A stretch of DNA of 64,000 nt from a bacterium (GTDB lineage Bacteria; UBA8248). This document shows positions 9,181 to 18,834 of this stretch, in pieces. Every line of letters starts with the position of its first letter. Positions within the stretch are counted from its first letter, which is position 1. Under the pieces are notes generated by a model. It saw nothing but the letters and a program-made list of their open reading frames with translations, searched no databases and was not told the DNA's origin. The translations under genes and the position numbers were made by a program. The stretch lies in contig OZ241996.1 in the NCBI GenBank assembly GCA_965204535.1, forward strand, positions 1,248,001 through 1,312,000, written 5' to 3'.

Positions 9181-10278
9181 TCAAAGCTCGAAACCGAGTT
9201 CCAGTTCCTCGTTCAGCCTTTGCATCTGCTCCAGAACGGCAGGGGTGATGGGCACGCCGATGCGCCTGTTCTCCTCTTCGGCGATCGCCTCCGGTTCGCC
9301 GTGAATGTAGATACGGTCGTGTCCCGGCGCCTTCTTCGCGCCCCGGATGGTCTCGAAGAGTCTTCCCATGTCGCTGAACATGGCGGATAGGTCCCTGAAT
9401 CCCGACATCTTGATCGCGCCCATGAAGTGGCCCGTGGCGGATTTCGCCGTACCCGCAGCACCCGCCATGCGGCTCTCCAGGCCCGCGCCCGAGAGTACGC
9501 CGCACAGAAGCTCGATCATGAGCTGGAGGCCATAGCCCTTGTGGCCGCCGTTCTCGTCTCCCTCGCCGCCCAGGGGCGCGAGCGGCACTTCGTAGTTCAG
9601 GATGCTCTTCTCGTTGAGCGTCGGCGTTCCCATTGAGGAGAGCACCCAGCCTTTGGGGACTTCACGGCCTTCGCGCAGGGCCGTCTCGATTTTGCCCACG
9701 GCCGTCACGGCGGTGGCCATGTCGAGGTGAAAGTCGGTGCCGCCCGGTCCGCCGGGTATCGCCACGCTCATCGGGTTGGTGCCGAAAAGCGCCTCCCCCC
9801 CGAAGGTGGGGGCGGTGCGGCGTCCGCCGTTCGTCATGCTGATGCCGATGAAGCCCGCCTCCATCGCCTTTTGGGCCCAGTAGCCCGCGTAGCCGAAGTG
9901 GCTGCTGTTGCGCACGGTCACGAAGCCGGAACCGTGCTTTTCCGCCATGGCGAGGGCCTCGTCCATCGCGCGGTTCGAGGCGACGATACCGATGGCGTCG
10001 TTCGCGTCGAGAAGGCCGGTGGTGTCGCTCCCCTTGTGGAACTTCATGTCGGGCCGGTTGTTGAGCACGCCGTTTTCAAGGCGGACCATGAAAAACGTCA
10101 GGCGCGCGGCCCCGTGACTGCGGATGCCTCTCAAATCGGCGCTGACCAATACTTTCGCCACGAGGCGGGCGTCGTCCTCCGGCACGTCCTTGCTGCGGAA
10201 TATGGTGTAGACGAACTCTTCGATGACTTCTGCGGGAAAGCGCACCGTGCCTTCGGGCAGGGGACCGGACTCGACCAT
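9181..10278 (-). CDS. Ldh_2 (type 2 malate/L-lactate dehydrogenase) family oxidoreductase
   Basis: ADLRGIRSHG, NSSHFG, GTNPMS, LDMAT, GGHKGYGL. Confidence 0.92.
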   Translation of the reverse strand: MVESGPLPEGTVRFPAEVIEEFVYTIFRSKDVPEDDARLVAKVLVSADLRGIRSHGAARLTFFMVRLENGVLNNRPDMKFHKGSDTTGLLDANDAIGIVASNRAMDEALAMAEKHGSGFVTVRNSSHFGYAGYWAQKAMEAGFIGISMTNGGRRTAPTFGGEALFGTNPMSVAIPGGPGGTDFHLDMATAVTAVGKIETALREGREVPKGWVLSSMGTPTLNEKSILNYEVPLAPLGGEGDENGGHKGYGLQLMIELLCGVLSGAGLESRMAGAAGTAKSATGHFMGAIKMSGFRDLSAMFSDMGRLFETIRGAKKAPGHDRIYIHGEPEAIAEEENRRIGVPITPAVLEQMQRLNEELELGFEL

Positions 10279-10449
10279 GAAAATCTCCTAAGAAAATGTT
10301 GATTTGGCGCTGCGAGAAAGTTGCGCCATATTAGCCCGTCTTTGCGCTTTTCGGGAAGTCGCGCCGGGCTGCGGTTCGCCTTGCGGGGTGCGCTTTTGTT
10401 TTGTCAAAATGCGCTTCTTTTCGGGAATGCTGTCTGGAACAGGGGAGAG

Positions 10450-11505
10450 ATGAACGTGGCTCGCATAGCGGTGGTGCGCGGAGACGGGATAGCGAACGAG
10501 GTCATGCCCGAGGCGGAGGAGACGCTGCGGGCTGCGGCCGAGGCGGCCTCGTTTCCGGTGGAGTTCGAATACTTCGACTGGGGGAGCGATCGGTATCTGG
10601 AACAGGGCAGGGGGATGCCCGAAGACGGCTGCGATACCCTTCGGGCGGGTTTCGACGCCGTTTTTCAAGGGGCTATCGGCGATCCGAGGGTTCCCGGCTC
10701 TATCGTGCAGGAGGAGGTGATTCTGGGGGTGCGCTTCGGGCTGGACTTATACGCCAACATCCGCCCCTGCAGGCTCTACCATGAGGATTTGACGCCTCTC
10801 AAGAATAAAGGGGCGGGCGACATCGACCATGTCGTCGTGCGCGAGAACACCGAGGGCCTGTTCGTGAACGTGGGCGGATTTTTCAAGCCGGGGACAAAAG
10901 ACGAGGTCGCCTTGCAGGAAGAAGTGCATACCTACAAGGGGGTGGAGCGCGTCATCCGGGCGTCGTTCGAGTTCGCGAGGCGCCACAAGCGCAGAAAAGT
11001 CACCATGGCGGACAAGGCGAGCGGGCTTCGCTACGCAGGCGGAATCTGGCGGCGCGTGTTCGATGAGGTGCGCGCGGATTTCGGGGATATCGAGTCCGAA
11101 GCCAAGCACATCGACGCGGTGGCGATGGAGGTGATTCAGCACCCGGCGGAATTCGACGTCATCGTCACCAACAACATGTTCGGCGACATTATGAGCGATA
11201 TCACCTCGGGTCTCGTGGGCGGGCTGGGCTTGGCGCCTTCCGCGAACGTGAATCTCGAGGGCGTCTCGATGTTCGAGCCGGTACACGGCACGGCGCCCGA
11301 CATTTATGGACAGGGCATCGCCAACCCGATGGCGGCCATTTTGACGGGCGCTTTATTGCTGGATCATCTGGGCTACGGGGCGGGTGGAGCCTCTATCCGG
11401 TGCGCCGTGGAAGAAGCCATCGCCAACGGGGAGCGTACGGCGGATATCGGGGGAAAATTGACTACGAAAGAATGCGGTGACGCTGTAAGAAATAGACTGA
11501 AATAG
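10450..11505 (+). CDS. isocitrate/isopropylmalate/tartrate dehydrogenase family protein
   Basis: GDGIANEV, YANIRP, VRENTEG, NMFGDIMSD, FEPVHGTAPDI. Confidence 0.92.
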   Translation: MNVARIAVVRGDGIANEVMPEAEETLRAAAEAASFPVEFEYFDWGSDRYLEQGRGMPEDGCDTLRAGFDAVFQGAIGDPRVPGSIVQEEVILGVRFGLDLYANIRPCRLYHEDLTPLKNKGAGDIDHVVVRENTEGLFVNVGGFFKPGTKDEVALQEEVHTYKGVERVIRASFEFARRHKRRKVTMADKASGLRYAGGIWRRVFDEVRADFGDIESEAKHIDAVAMEVIQHPAEFDVIVTNNMFGDIMSDITSGLVGGLGLAPSANVNLEGVSMFEPVHGTAPDIYGQGIANPMAAILTGALLLDHLGYGAGGASIRCAVEEAIANGERTADIGGKLTTKECGDAVRNRLK

Positions 11506-11549
11506 AATCACTTACATGATATTATTCAAGTAGAATATAGGAGATTGAA

Positions 11550-11909
11550 ATGCCGGAAAAATCAGTGGTGGACGTTCAGAAAGCAGCCTTCAAACCCGTG
11601 GATTGGGGGCAGACGAAAATTTTAGTCAGCCCGACTGCGAACGGCTCCGAGCACGTGCGCGTGGGGCTCACCGAGTACGACCCCGCCACCCCGCACGAAC
11701 CGCACGCGCACCCCGGACAGGAAGAAGTCATCTGGGTGCTGAGCGGGCGGGGGTATACGGAGACACACGGCGAGAAAATCGACCTCTACCCAGGGGCGGT
11801 GGCGTTCATCCCTGCGGGGATGGAGCACAAGACGGCGGCGGTCGGCGAGAAGATGCAGGCCATCATCATCAAGGGGCCGGTTCGCGACGCGGACGGGGTG
11901 TTGAGTTAG
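11550..11909 (+). CDS. cupin domain protein
   Basis: HAHPGQEE..VLSG and IPAGMEH cupin motifs; GGAG RBS. Confidence 0.88.
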   Translation: MPEKSVVDVQKAAFKPVDWGQTKILVSPTANGSEHVRVGLTEYDPATPHEPHAHPGQEEVIWVLSGRGYTETHGEKIDLYPGAVAFIPAGMEHKTAAVGEKMQAIIIKGPVRDADGVLS

Positions 11910-11970
11910 ATATATCCTGGAAGGCAGAGCTCGCCCGGTGGTGCTGCCGATATTCGCGGGGGATTGGTTC

Positions 11971-13017
11971 TTACGGTGCGGAAATCAGCGCCCGATCCCC
12001 CTGGACTTCCAGTTTCGTTCCGAAGGGCTCGTTCAGCGCGTTCATCACGTCGACGATTCGGCGGCCCTTGCCCCGATTTGGGGAATGGAGTCTGGGCTTG
12101 GAGAATACGCCGGCCGTTACGGGAATCAGGTAGGGTTCTCTCACTCCCTTTTTGCTCAAGGTGCAGCCGAACAGGAAGGTGTCGTGCGTTTCGTCGGTGA
12201 AGAAGGGGATATCGAAGTCGAATATCAGGTTCCCCATGCTGTAGACGATGGGCGCACCCTTGTAAAATTCTATCGCCTGCAGGACGTGCGGGTGGCCGCC
12301 CAAGACGAGATCGGCGCCCGCGTCGACGCTCGCGTGGGCGATTTCGCGCTCAAAGTCCATCACCTCGTGCGTCATGCTCGTGCCCCAGTGGTGATTCACT
12401 ACGACGATATCCGCTTTTTTCCTTAAATTCCTGATGTCGCGCTTCATGCGCGCGAGATGGGCGGGTTCCGCCCAGGTATCGATCCGGGGCGGGGTGCCCG
12501 GGTATTCGGAGAGGTCGCGCCAGGGGCGATAGGCCGTGTGGGCGCGTATCGGGTTCACCCCCGGATCGCCCGCTGTGGCCTCGAAACCCCTCGGGATGAC
12601 GGAGCAATACGCCAGAAAGCCTATCGTCAGATTCCCGCGCTCGATGAGGGCCGGCTTTCTGGCCTGCGCGAGATTCATGCCGCCGCCCACGAGCGCAACG
12701 CCCAGAGAATCCATGAGCGACATGGTTTCCGCAAAGGCGTCTTCCCCGTAGTCGAGTACGTGGTTGTTCGCAAAGGCCATGACGTCGAAGCCCGCCTCGG
12801 TGAGGGCGCCTGCCATTTCCGGCGCGCCGCGCAGAAGAATTTTCTCGGGCGCGGGTTTCCCGTCGTGAGAAAGGGGCAGTTCCAGATTGGCGAACGAGAC
12901 GTCCGCTTCTCTGAGCAGGGGAATCAGTCTTCCGAAAGCGCCTTTCGCCTCCGAGCGGTTGATGGCGATGTCTCCTCCCGCCAGTAGTCTGGGGCCATCT
13001 TTAGCGCGGGGAGGCAT
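11971..13017 (-). CDS. CapA/PgsA-family metallophosphoesterase-like protein
   Basis: GDI, ANLE, ANNHVLDYG, HWG, GGHPHVLQ, YSMGN. Confidence 0.9.
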   Translation of the reverse strand: MPPRAKDGPRLLAGGDIAINRSEAKGAFGRLIPLLREADVSFANLELPLSHDGKPAPEKILLRGAPEMAGALTEAGFDVMAFANNHVLDYGEDAFAETMSLMDSLGVALVGGGMNLAQARKPALIERGNLTIGFLAYCSVIPRGFEATAGDPGVNPIRAHTAYRPWRDLSEYPGTPPRIDTWAEPAHLARMKRDIRNLRKKADIVVVNHHWGTSMTHEVMDFEREIAHASVDAGADLVLGGHPHVLQAIEFYKGAPIVYSMGNLIFDFDIPFFTDETHDTFLFGCTLSKKGVREPYLIPVTAGVFSKPRLHSPNRGKGRRIVDVMNALNEPFGTKLEVQGDRALISAP

Positions 13018-13021
13018 GGGG

Positions 13022-14119
13022 CTATTCGGTGAGACAAAGACCGTGGTCGGGCGTGAAGGAGAGATACACCTTCTGGCCGGTGTCCAGTTCCTCGAAGTGG
13101 TCGATCTGAACGCCCACCTCGTGCGGACCGACCTGGACCTGGCAGTCGAGGAAGTTGCCCAGATACACGGTGTCGATCACTTCGCCTTCGATGAGGTTCA
13201 TCGTCTCGGCCGGTTTCTCGAGGTGGAGCAGGATGTCTTCGGGGCGAATGCTCAGGATGATTTTCGCTCCTACGGGCGCTCCCTCCGCGCCGGTGGCCCT
13301 GAGGCGGATGGGGGCGCTTCCGTCGCCCAGGGGAATTTCCAGGTCCGTCAGTTCCCCGTCGTGACCGAGCAGCTTGCCTTCCATGAGGTTGGCCACGCCG
13401 ATGAAATTCGCCACGAATGCGTTCGTCGGTTCGGCGTAGATGCTTTCGGGGTCGCCGATTTGCTGGATCACGCCCTTGTCCATCACCACGACCCTGTCGC
13501 TCATCACGAGCGCTTCGGTCTGATCGTGCGTGACGTAGATCGAGGTGATGCCCACGTCGTGCTGCAGGCGGGTGAGTTCGATGCGCATCTGCTCGCGCAG
13601 CTTGGCGTCGAGGTTGCTCAGGGGCTCGTCGAACAGCACGACCTTGGGGTTGTAGACGATGGCGCGGGCGAGGGCGACGCGCTGGCGCTGCCCGCCGGAG
13701 AGCTTGGTGGCGTATCGCTCGGCGAGATGGCCCAGACCCACGAGGTCGAGCGCCTTAGACGTTTTCTCCTTGATGGCGGCCCTGGTTTCGCGCCGGATCC
13801 TCAGGCCGTAGGCCACGTTGTCGAAGACCGTCATGTGCGGCCAGACGGCGTAGCTCTGGAACACCATGCCCAGGTTTCTCTCTTCGGGCGTCAGGAAAAC
13901 CTCGTTCGCCACGGAGGTGACGTAGTCTCCCTCGATTTGGATGTCGCCGCTGTCGGGATGCTCGAGGCCGGCGATGCACCTGAGCGTCGTGGTTTTACCG
14001 CAGCCCGAAGGCCCCAGCAGGGTGACGAACTCACCCTGTTCGACGGAGAGGTCGACTCCCGCCACGGCCACTTCGGGCCCGAATGATTTCACCAGTTTCG
14101 AGATTTCGACGAATGACAC
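13022..14119 (-). CDS. ABC transporter ATP-binding protein (PotA/FbpC type, TOBE domain)
   Basis: GPSGCGKTT, LSGGQRQR, DEPLSNLD. Confidence 0.95.
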   Translation of the reverse strand: MSFVEISKLVKSFGPEVAVAGVDLSVEQGEFVTLLGPSGCGKTTTLRCIAGLEHPDSGDIQIEGDYVTSVANEVFLTPEERNLGMVFQSYAVWPHMTVFDNVAYGLRIRRETRAAIKEKTSKALDLVGLGHLAERYATKLSGGQRQRVALARAIVYNPKVVLFDEPLSNLDAKLREQMRIELTRLQHDVGITSIYVTHDQTEALVMSDRVVVMDKGVIQQIGDPESIYAEPTNAFVANFIGVANLMEGKLLGHDGELTDLEIPLGDGSAPIRLRATGAEGAPVGAKIILSIRPEDILLHLEKPAETMNLIEGEVIDTVYLGNFLDCQVQVGPHEVGVQIDHFEELDTGQKVYLSFTPDHGLCLTE

Positions 14120-14131
14120 TCTGTTTATCCT

Positions 14132-15229
14132 CTAGGGTCTGACGGCCAGCGTATGGTCGGGGTCGAGGCGCACGTACACCTTTTCGCCCACGCGCAGGCG
14201 CTCTCTCGAATGCGCCAGCACCTTCCACTCGAATTCTCCCCACTTCACCCGGCAGTCGAGGCAGTTGCCCAGAAAGACGGACTGAATCACCTCGCCCTCA
14301 ATTTTGGGGCCGTCCATGGGCTCGCGCGATGCGTCCACGTTCTCGGGGCGAACGGAGAGATAGGCCTCGTCGCCCTCCGAGAGGCCGTCGGCGAGCAGGC
14401 AGGGGAGTTGCACGTTGTCATCGCCCTGGGAGATTTCGATGGTCCCGGCGCCCCCGCCGCCGTTTCCGACGATGCGGCCCTCGGTCAGGTTCGCCACGCC
14501 GATGAAATTGCTCACGAACTTGTTGACGGGCCGCGCGTAGATGTTATGGGGACCGCCGGTTTGTTCGATGTGTCCCTTGCTCATCACGATAATCTCATCG
14601 CTCATCACGAGGGCTTCCGCCTGGTCGTGCGTCACGTAGATCGAGGTGATGCCGATTTCGTGCTGGATACGCTTGAGCTCGACGCGCATCTGCTCCCTGA
14701 GTTTCAGGTCCAGGTTGCTGAGCGGCTCGTCGAAGAGCAGAAGGCGCGGCCGGAAGACCATCGCGCGCGCGAGGGCCGCCCTTTGCTGCTGGCCGCCCGA
14801 GAGCTGCGTGGCGTTTTTGTCCGCCATGTCGGTGAGGCCGACGATCTTGAGCGCCTCGGCGACGCGGTCGTCGATCTCGGATTGCGCCATCTTGCGTATC
14901 TCGAGCGGGTAGGCCACGTTCTGGGTCACGTCCATGTGCGGCCAGATGGCGTAGCTTTGGAACACCATGCCGATGTTGCGCTTCTCCGGCGCGGTGTTGA
15001 CGCGTTTTTCTATCGAGGTGACCGGCTCCGTTCCGATGCGGATCTCGCCTGCATCCGGTTTGTGGAGGCCTGCGATGCACATGAGCGTCGTGGTCTTCCC
15101 GCAGCCCGAGGGGCCGAGCAGGGTCAGAAATTTCCCCTCCGGAATGCCGAAGGAAATACCGTCCACGGCGCGGTCGTCGCCGAAGTATTTTACGAGATGG
15201 TCGACCTGGAGATAGTTGTTTTCGCTCAT
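14132..15229 (-). CDS. second ABC transporter ATP-binding protein (PotA/FbpC type)
   Basis: GPSGCGKTT, LSGGQQQR, DEPLSNLD. Confidence 0.95.
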   Translation of the reverse strand: MSENNYLQVDHLVKYFGDDRAVDGISFGIPEGKFLTLLGPSGCGKTTTLMCIAGLHKPDAGEIRIGTEPVTSIEKRVNTAPEKRNIGMVFQSYAIWPHMDVTQNVAYPLEIRKMAQSEIDDRVAEALKIVGLTDMADKNATQLSGGQQQRAALARAMVFRPRLLLFDEPLSNLDLKLREQMRVELKRIQHEIGITSIYVTHDQAEALVMSDEIIVMSKGHIEQTGGPHNIYARPVNKFVSNFIGVANLTEGRIVGNGGGGAGTIEISQGDDNVQLPCLLADGLSEGDEAYLSVRPENVDASREPMDGPKIEGEVIQSVFLGNCLDCRVKWGEFEWKVLAHSRERLRVGEKVYVRLDPDHTLAVRP

Positions 15230-15233
15230 CGTT

Positions 15234-16982
15234 TTACGCCGTCAGCGCCTCTTTGCCGGCGACTTTCCTGAAGATGACGACGCAGATCAGCAGCGCGACC
15301 GTCTGCGCGATGGAAAGGGCCGACGTCATGGGTTCGTTCTCGAAGTTTGAGAGATAGTACACGCCGACGGAGAGCGTCTCCGTGCCGGCGGAATAGAGTA
15401 TGATGGAGATGGAGAGTTCTCTTAGGAAAATAACGAACAGCAGAATCCACCCGGCGAAGATGCCCGGTTTGAGAAGCGGGATGGTGATTCTCCTGAGCGT
15501 CGTGAGCCATGATGCCCCCGCCATGCGCGAGCTCTGGTCGAGTTCCTCGGATACGGCCATCATGATGGAGGAAATGTTCCTCTGCCCGTACGGGAAAAAC
15601 CGCGTGATGTAGCCGAGCAGCAGTATCCAGAGCGTGGCGTAGATGGGCGTCTTGATGTAGGTGACGAGAACGCCCATCGCCAGCACGATGCCCGGGAAGC
15701 CGATGGGAATGACGCTCAGGAAATCGAGCACCCGCGCGCCGTAGCCCTTGGTGCGGTGGATCATGTAGCTCACGATGATGGCCACCACCATGGCGATGGA
15801 GGCGCCGCCGAACGCGAGGATGAAGCTGTTGATGATGCCGTTGGTCGCCGCCTGGATGCTCTCGGGCCACCAGAAGAAGAGCACCTTCTGGTAGTTCCAG
15901 AACGTGAGTTCCGACCAGATGATTCTGCCCGACCATATCTTGTGCAGGCTCACGAAGAAAAGGCAGATGGTCGGGAAAACCACGGCGACGCACACGTAGA
16001 ACACATTGTATCCGAAAGCGAGCCATTTCCACCCGCCCAGGTCGATGAGATTCGGCCGGAAGCCCTTGCCTGTCACCGTCGTATAGGAACGCGGCGCGAT
16101 GATTCTGTGCTGAATCCAGATGAAAAACGCCGTCACCACGCCCACCACCATGCTCATGGCGGCGCCGAGGTAGTGGTTCGCGTCGTCACCCACCGCTTTC
16201 GTGAATATCTGCGTGGTCAGCGTCTCCCAGCCGAAGGGGGCGGAGAGTTTGAAGGGAACGCCGAACTCCCCTGCCGTCGTCACGAACACGATGATGGCGC
16301 CCGATAGAATCGCGGGCGTCACCAGGGGCAGTGTGATGGTAAATGTGGTTCGCAAGAGGCCCGCTCCCGTCGTGCGCGCGCTGTCTTCCAGCGATGGGTC
16401 CATGCGCCTGAGCGAGCCCACCACGAACAGGTAGACGAGGGGGGCGAAGAAAATTCCCGTCACCCAGATGACGCCCCACAGGTTGTTGACGTTGAACAGC
16501 GGAAAATCAATGCCAAAGAAACTTTTCGCCATGTTGTTCAGCAGGCCGATTTTCGGGGAGGCCAGATTGTGCCAGGCGATGGCGCCCACGAAAGGACTCA
16601 GGAAGAAGGGGATGAGGTTGAAGGGTTCGAGTTGCTCCCGGAACGGGCAGTTGGTTCTCGCGTTGATCCACGCGAGCGATACGCCCAGGAGCGTGGCCAG
16701 GATGGTGCAGCCCGTGCTGATGATGGCGGTATTGATGAGGGCTTTTTTGATGACGCGGCCCTGGAATATATCCCTGTAGTTCTGAAGCCCCCATTCGGTG
16801 TCGAACCCCAGGTCGTCGAGCACCAGAAAGCTGTTGATGACGAGCGCGACCAGCGGCACGATGACCGCCACCGCCACGATGAGGCCGACGATGGTCGTGA
16901 TGATGTTCTCCTGCGTGAACCAGGTGCGCCAGCCGCGCGGAGGAGCGACGTCGATTTGGGGTGCTGCGGTATCCGTAGCCAT
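15234..16982 (-). CDS. FbpB-type fused two-domain ABC permease
   Basis: About 12 TM and two EAA-like motifs (LEDSARTTGA, LDQSSRMAGA); start MATDTAAP chosen because a promoter lies upstream. Confidence 0.9.
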   Translation of the reverse strand: MATDTAAPQIDVAPPRGWRTWFTQENIITTIVGLIVAVAVIVPLVALVINSFLVLDDLGFDTEWGLQNYRDIFQGRVIKKALINTAIISTGCTILATLLGVSLAWINARTNCPFREQLEPFNLIPFFLSPFVGAIAWHNLASPKIGLLNNMAKSFFGIDFPLFNVNNLWGVIWVTGIFFAPLVYLFVVGSLRRMDPSLEDSARTTGAGLLRTTFTITLPLVTPAILSGAIIVFVTTAGEFGVPFKLSAPFGWETLTTQIFTKAVGDDANHYLGAAMSMVVGVVTAFFIWIQHRIIAPRSYTTVTGKGFRPNLIDLGGWKWLAFGYNVFYVCVAVVFPTICLFFVSLHKIWSGRIIWSELTFWNYQKVLFFWWPESIQAATNGIINSFILAFGGASIAMVVAIIVSYMIHRTKGYGARVLDFLSVIPIGFPGIVLAMGVLVTYIKTPIYATLWILLLGYITRFFPYGQRNISSIMMAVSEELDQSSRMAGASWLTTLRRITIPLLKPGIFAGWILLFVIFLRELSISIILYSAGTETLSVGVYYLSNFENEPMTSALSIAQTVALLICVVIFRKVAGKEALTA

Positions 16983-17041
16983 AATGTTATTGATGCAACC
17001 TTTCCTGCGAACGCAAGTCTTTTCGGGAATACGAACAAAAG

Positions 17042-17070
17042 AATATAAAGAAGGTCGTTTCCAAAAGCAA
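17042..17070 (-). promoter_or_regulatory. sigma70-type promoter upstream of the permease
   Basis: TTGCTT-17 nt-TATATT on the minus strand; conserved in the duplicated copy at 18584-18612. Confidence 0.6.
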
Positions 17071-17241
17071 CATGCCCGCGGAACGTCACGTAGATTCGCA
17101 GGGGAGTTCGTCTTCTGGAAAATGTTCACTGCGCGCTACATCGCGAAGGCTCCGCCGCGCCGTGCCGTCGACTGCATAGCGATTCCGGCCAAGCTCTCGC
17201 GGCGTGGCGCGCCGCCGATGTTCTTGTTTGTTGCTTCATGC

Positions 17242-17278
17242 AAAAAGGGTGGGAGTCCTTTGTGGACTCCCACCCTTT
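17242..17278 (-). terminator. terminator after solute-binding gene copy 1
   Basis: AAAGGGTGGGAGTCC..GGACTCCCACCCTTT(TT) hairpin. Confidence 0.75.
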
Positions 17279-17301
17279 CAAGCAACAATCAATAAAGCGT
17301 C

Positions 17302-18408
17302 CTACTTGAAGCGCTTGATGAATTCGGCGCGCGTCGCCTTGAACTTCTTCTGCGCGCCCACCCAGTCCTTGAGACCCAGCAGCTTATGCTTGCTGAGGTC
17401 GAGAAGATAGGGGGCCACGGCCTTAGGCGGTGTGTAGCCTGCGCGGAAGCTGTAGACGGCCTCGCCTTCCACGTATACGTCGGTGCCTTCCTTGGTGAGG
17501 AGGAATTCAACCAGCAGTTTGCCGGCGTTGGGGTTCGGCGCGCCGTTCATGACGGCCGCCTGGTTGCCCAGCATGACCTGGCCTTCTTTATAGTAGCCGG
17601 TCTTGATGATCTTCGCGAGGTCAGGCTTCTTGAGGACGTTCTGCCATACGCGGCCCGTAATGTTCCAGGGGTCGAGGCCGCGCTCGCAGTTGATGAGAGC
17701 CTGCATCTTCGGCTCGGTGCGGAACATGACGACGGGCTTCGTGGCCTTGAGAGCGTCCCAGTACTTGTTCATGTCCATGCCGTTCTCGATGAGCGAGATG
17801 ACGGTGTTGGTGTAGGTGAAGCTCTTGGTGATGTCACCGGCGATGGTCTGGCCCATCACGTTCTTCGCGATGGTGTCGGCATAGGACGTCACGTTGATTT
17901 TTTCCATGCCCTTGCAGGCGCTGTTCCACACCGGCTGGAAGGTGTAGGCCAGTGGCGTCACGACGTAGGGGTAGTTCGCGTACTGGCCGGCCTTCTTGAT
18001 CACCGCCGCGAAATGCTTGTTCCACTCGGCGCTGTCGAGCTTGTGGTACGCGCCGCGCTTCTGGGCCGCGGCGAAGAAGCCGGGTGCGCTCACCACGTGT
18101 ACGTCGACGGTGAACTTCTTGGCCCGCATCTCCTGGCGAACCTGGGAGACGGTGGCGCCTGTGCCCTTGCGCAGGTTACGGAACTTGAAGCCGTCGCCGA
18201 GGCCGTAGTGCTTGGCGAAGGCCGGTCCCATGCGCTTGGCCGTGCGGTCGCTGAACAGAGGGTTGATGATGGTGACGGCGCCCTCTTTTTTCGCTGCGCG
18301 CACGAGCTCTTTCTGGTTTTTCATCATCGCTTCGGATACGAGCGCGCCCGATGCGAAGACGGCCACCGCCGCGAGGGCGGCGACGAAGAAACGGATACGG
18401 GATTTCAT
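17302..18408 (-). CDS. ABC solute-binding protein, copy 1
   Basis: Signal peptide, AAKKEGAVTI, APNPNAGKLLVEFLL; GAGGAG RBS before MKSRIR. Confidence 0.9.
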   Translation of the reverse strand: MKSRIRFFVAALAAVAVFASGALVSEAMMKNQKELVRAAKKEGAVTIINPLFSDRTAKRMGPAFAKHYGLGDGFKFRNLRKGTGATVSQVRQEMRAKKFTVDVHVVSAPGFFAAAQKRGAYHKLDSAEWNKHFAAVIKKAGQYANYPYVVTPLAYTFQPVWNSACKGMEKINVTSYADTIAKNVMGQTIAGDITKSFTYTNTVISLIENGMDMNKYWDALKATKPVVMFRTEPKMQALINCERGLDPWNITGRVWQNVLKKPDLAKIIKTGYYKEGQVMLGNQAAVMNGAPNPNAGKLLVEFLLTKEGTDVYVEGEAVYSFRAGYTPPKAVAPYLLDLSKHKLLGLKDWVGAQKKFKATRAEFIKRFK

Positions 18409-18419
18409 CGAAAATCTCC

Positions 18420-18515
18420 TCATGCAGGAATAGAGTGGAGGCCAAGCCTCCGGTTGAACGAATTTTCATTTTGGGGAGCGATGTCGATTCGCGGTGCTGT
18501 CGTGTTGGTAGCCAT
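18420..18515 (-). pseudogene. relic of the permease 5' end (31-aa mini-ORF)
   Basis: MATNTTAPRIDIAP matches permease MATDTAAPQIDVAP, then runs into the SBP upstream region. Confidence 0.7.
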
Positions 18516-18583
18516 AGTCTTGTGGATGCAACCTTTCCTACGAATCCTGGAAACGCAAGTCTTTTCGGGAATATGAACAATCG

Positions 18584-18612
18584 ACTATAAAGAACGCCGT
18601 TTCCAAAAGCAA
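18584..18612 (-). promoter_or_regulatory. duplicated sigma70-type promoter, now upstream of SBP copy 1
   Basis: TTGCTT-17 nt-TATAGT. Confidence 0.6.
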
Positions 18613-18834
18613 CATGCCCGCGGATCATCGCTTAGATTCGCAGGGGAGTTCGTCTTCTGGAAAATGCTCACTGCGCGCTAGATCACGAAGTCTCCGCTCC
18701 GTTGGTGTTTGAATGCCCACCCCGGCGGAACCTTCGCGGCATGGCGCGCCGCGGTATTTCTCCTTTTAATACAGGAAGGGTGGGAGCCCATCGTGGACTC
18801 CCACCCCATTCCGATCAATGACCAGTAAAGCGTC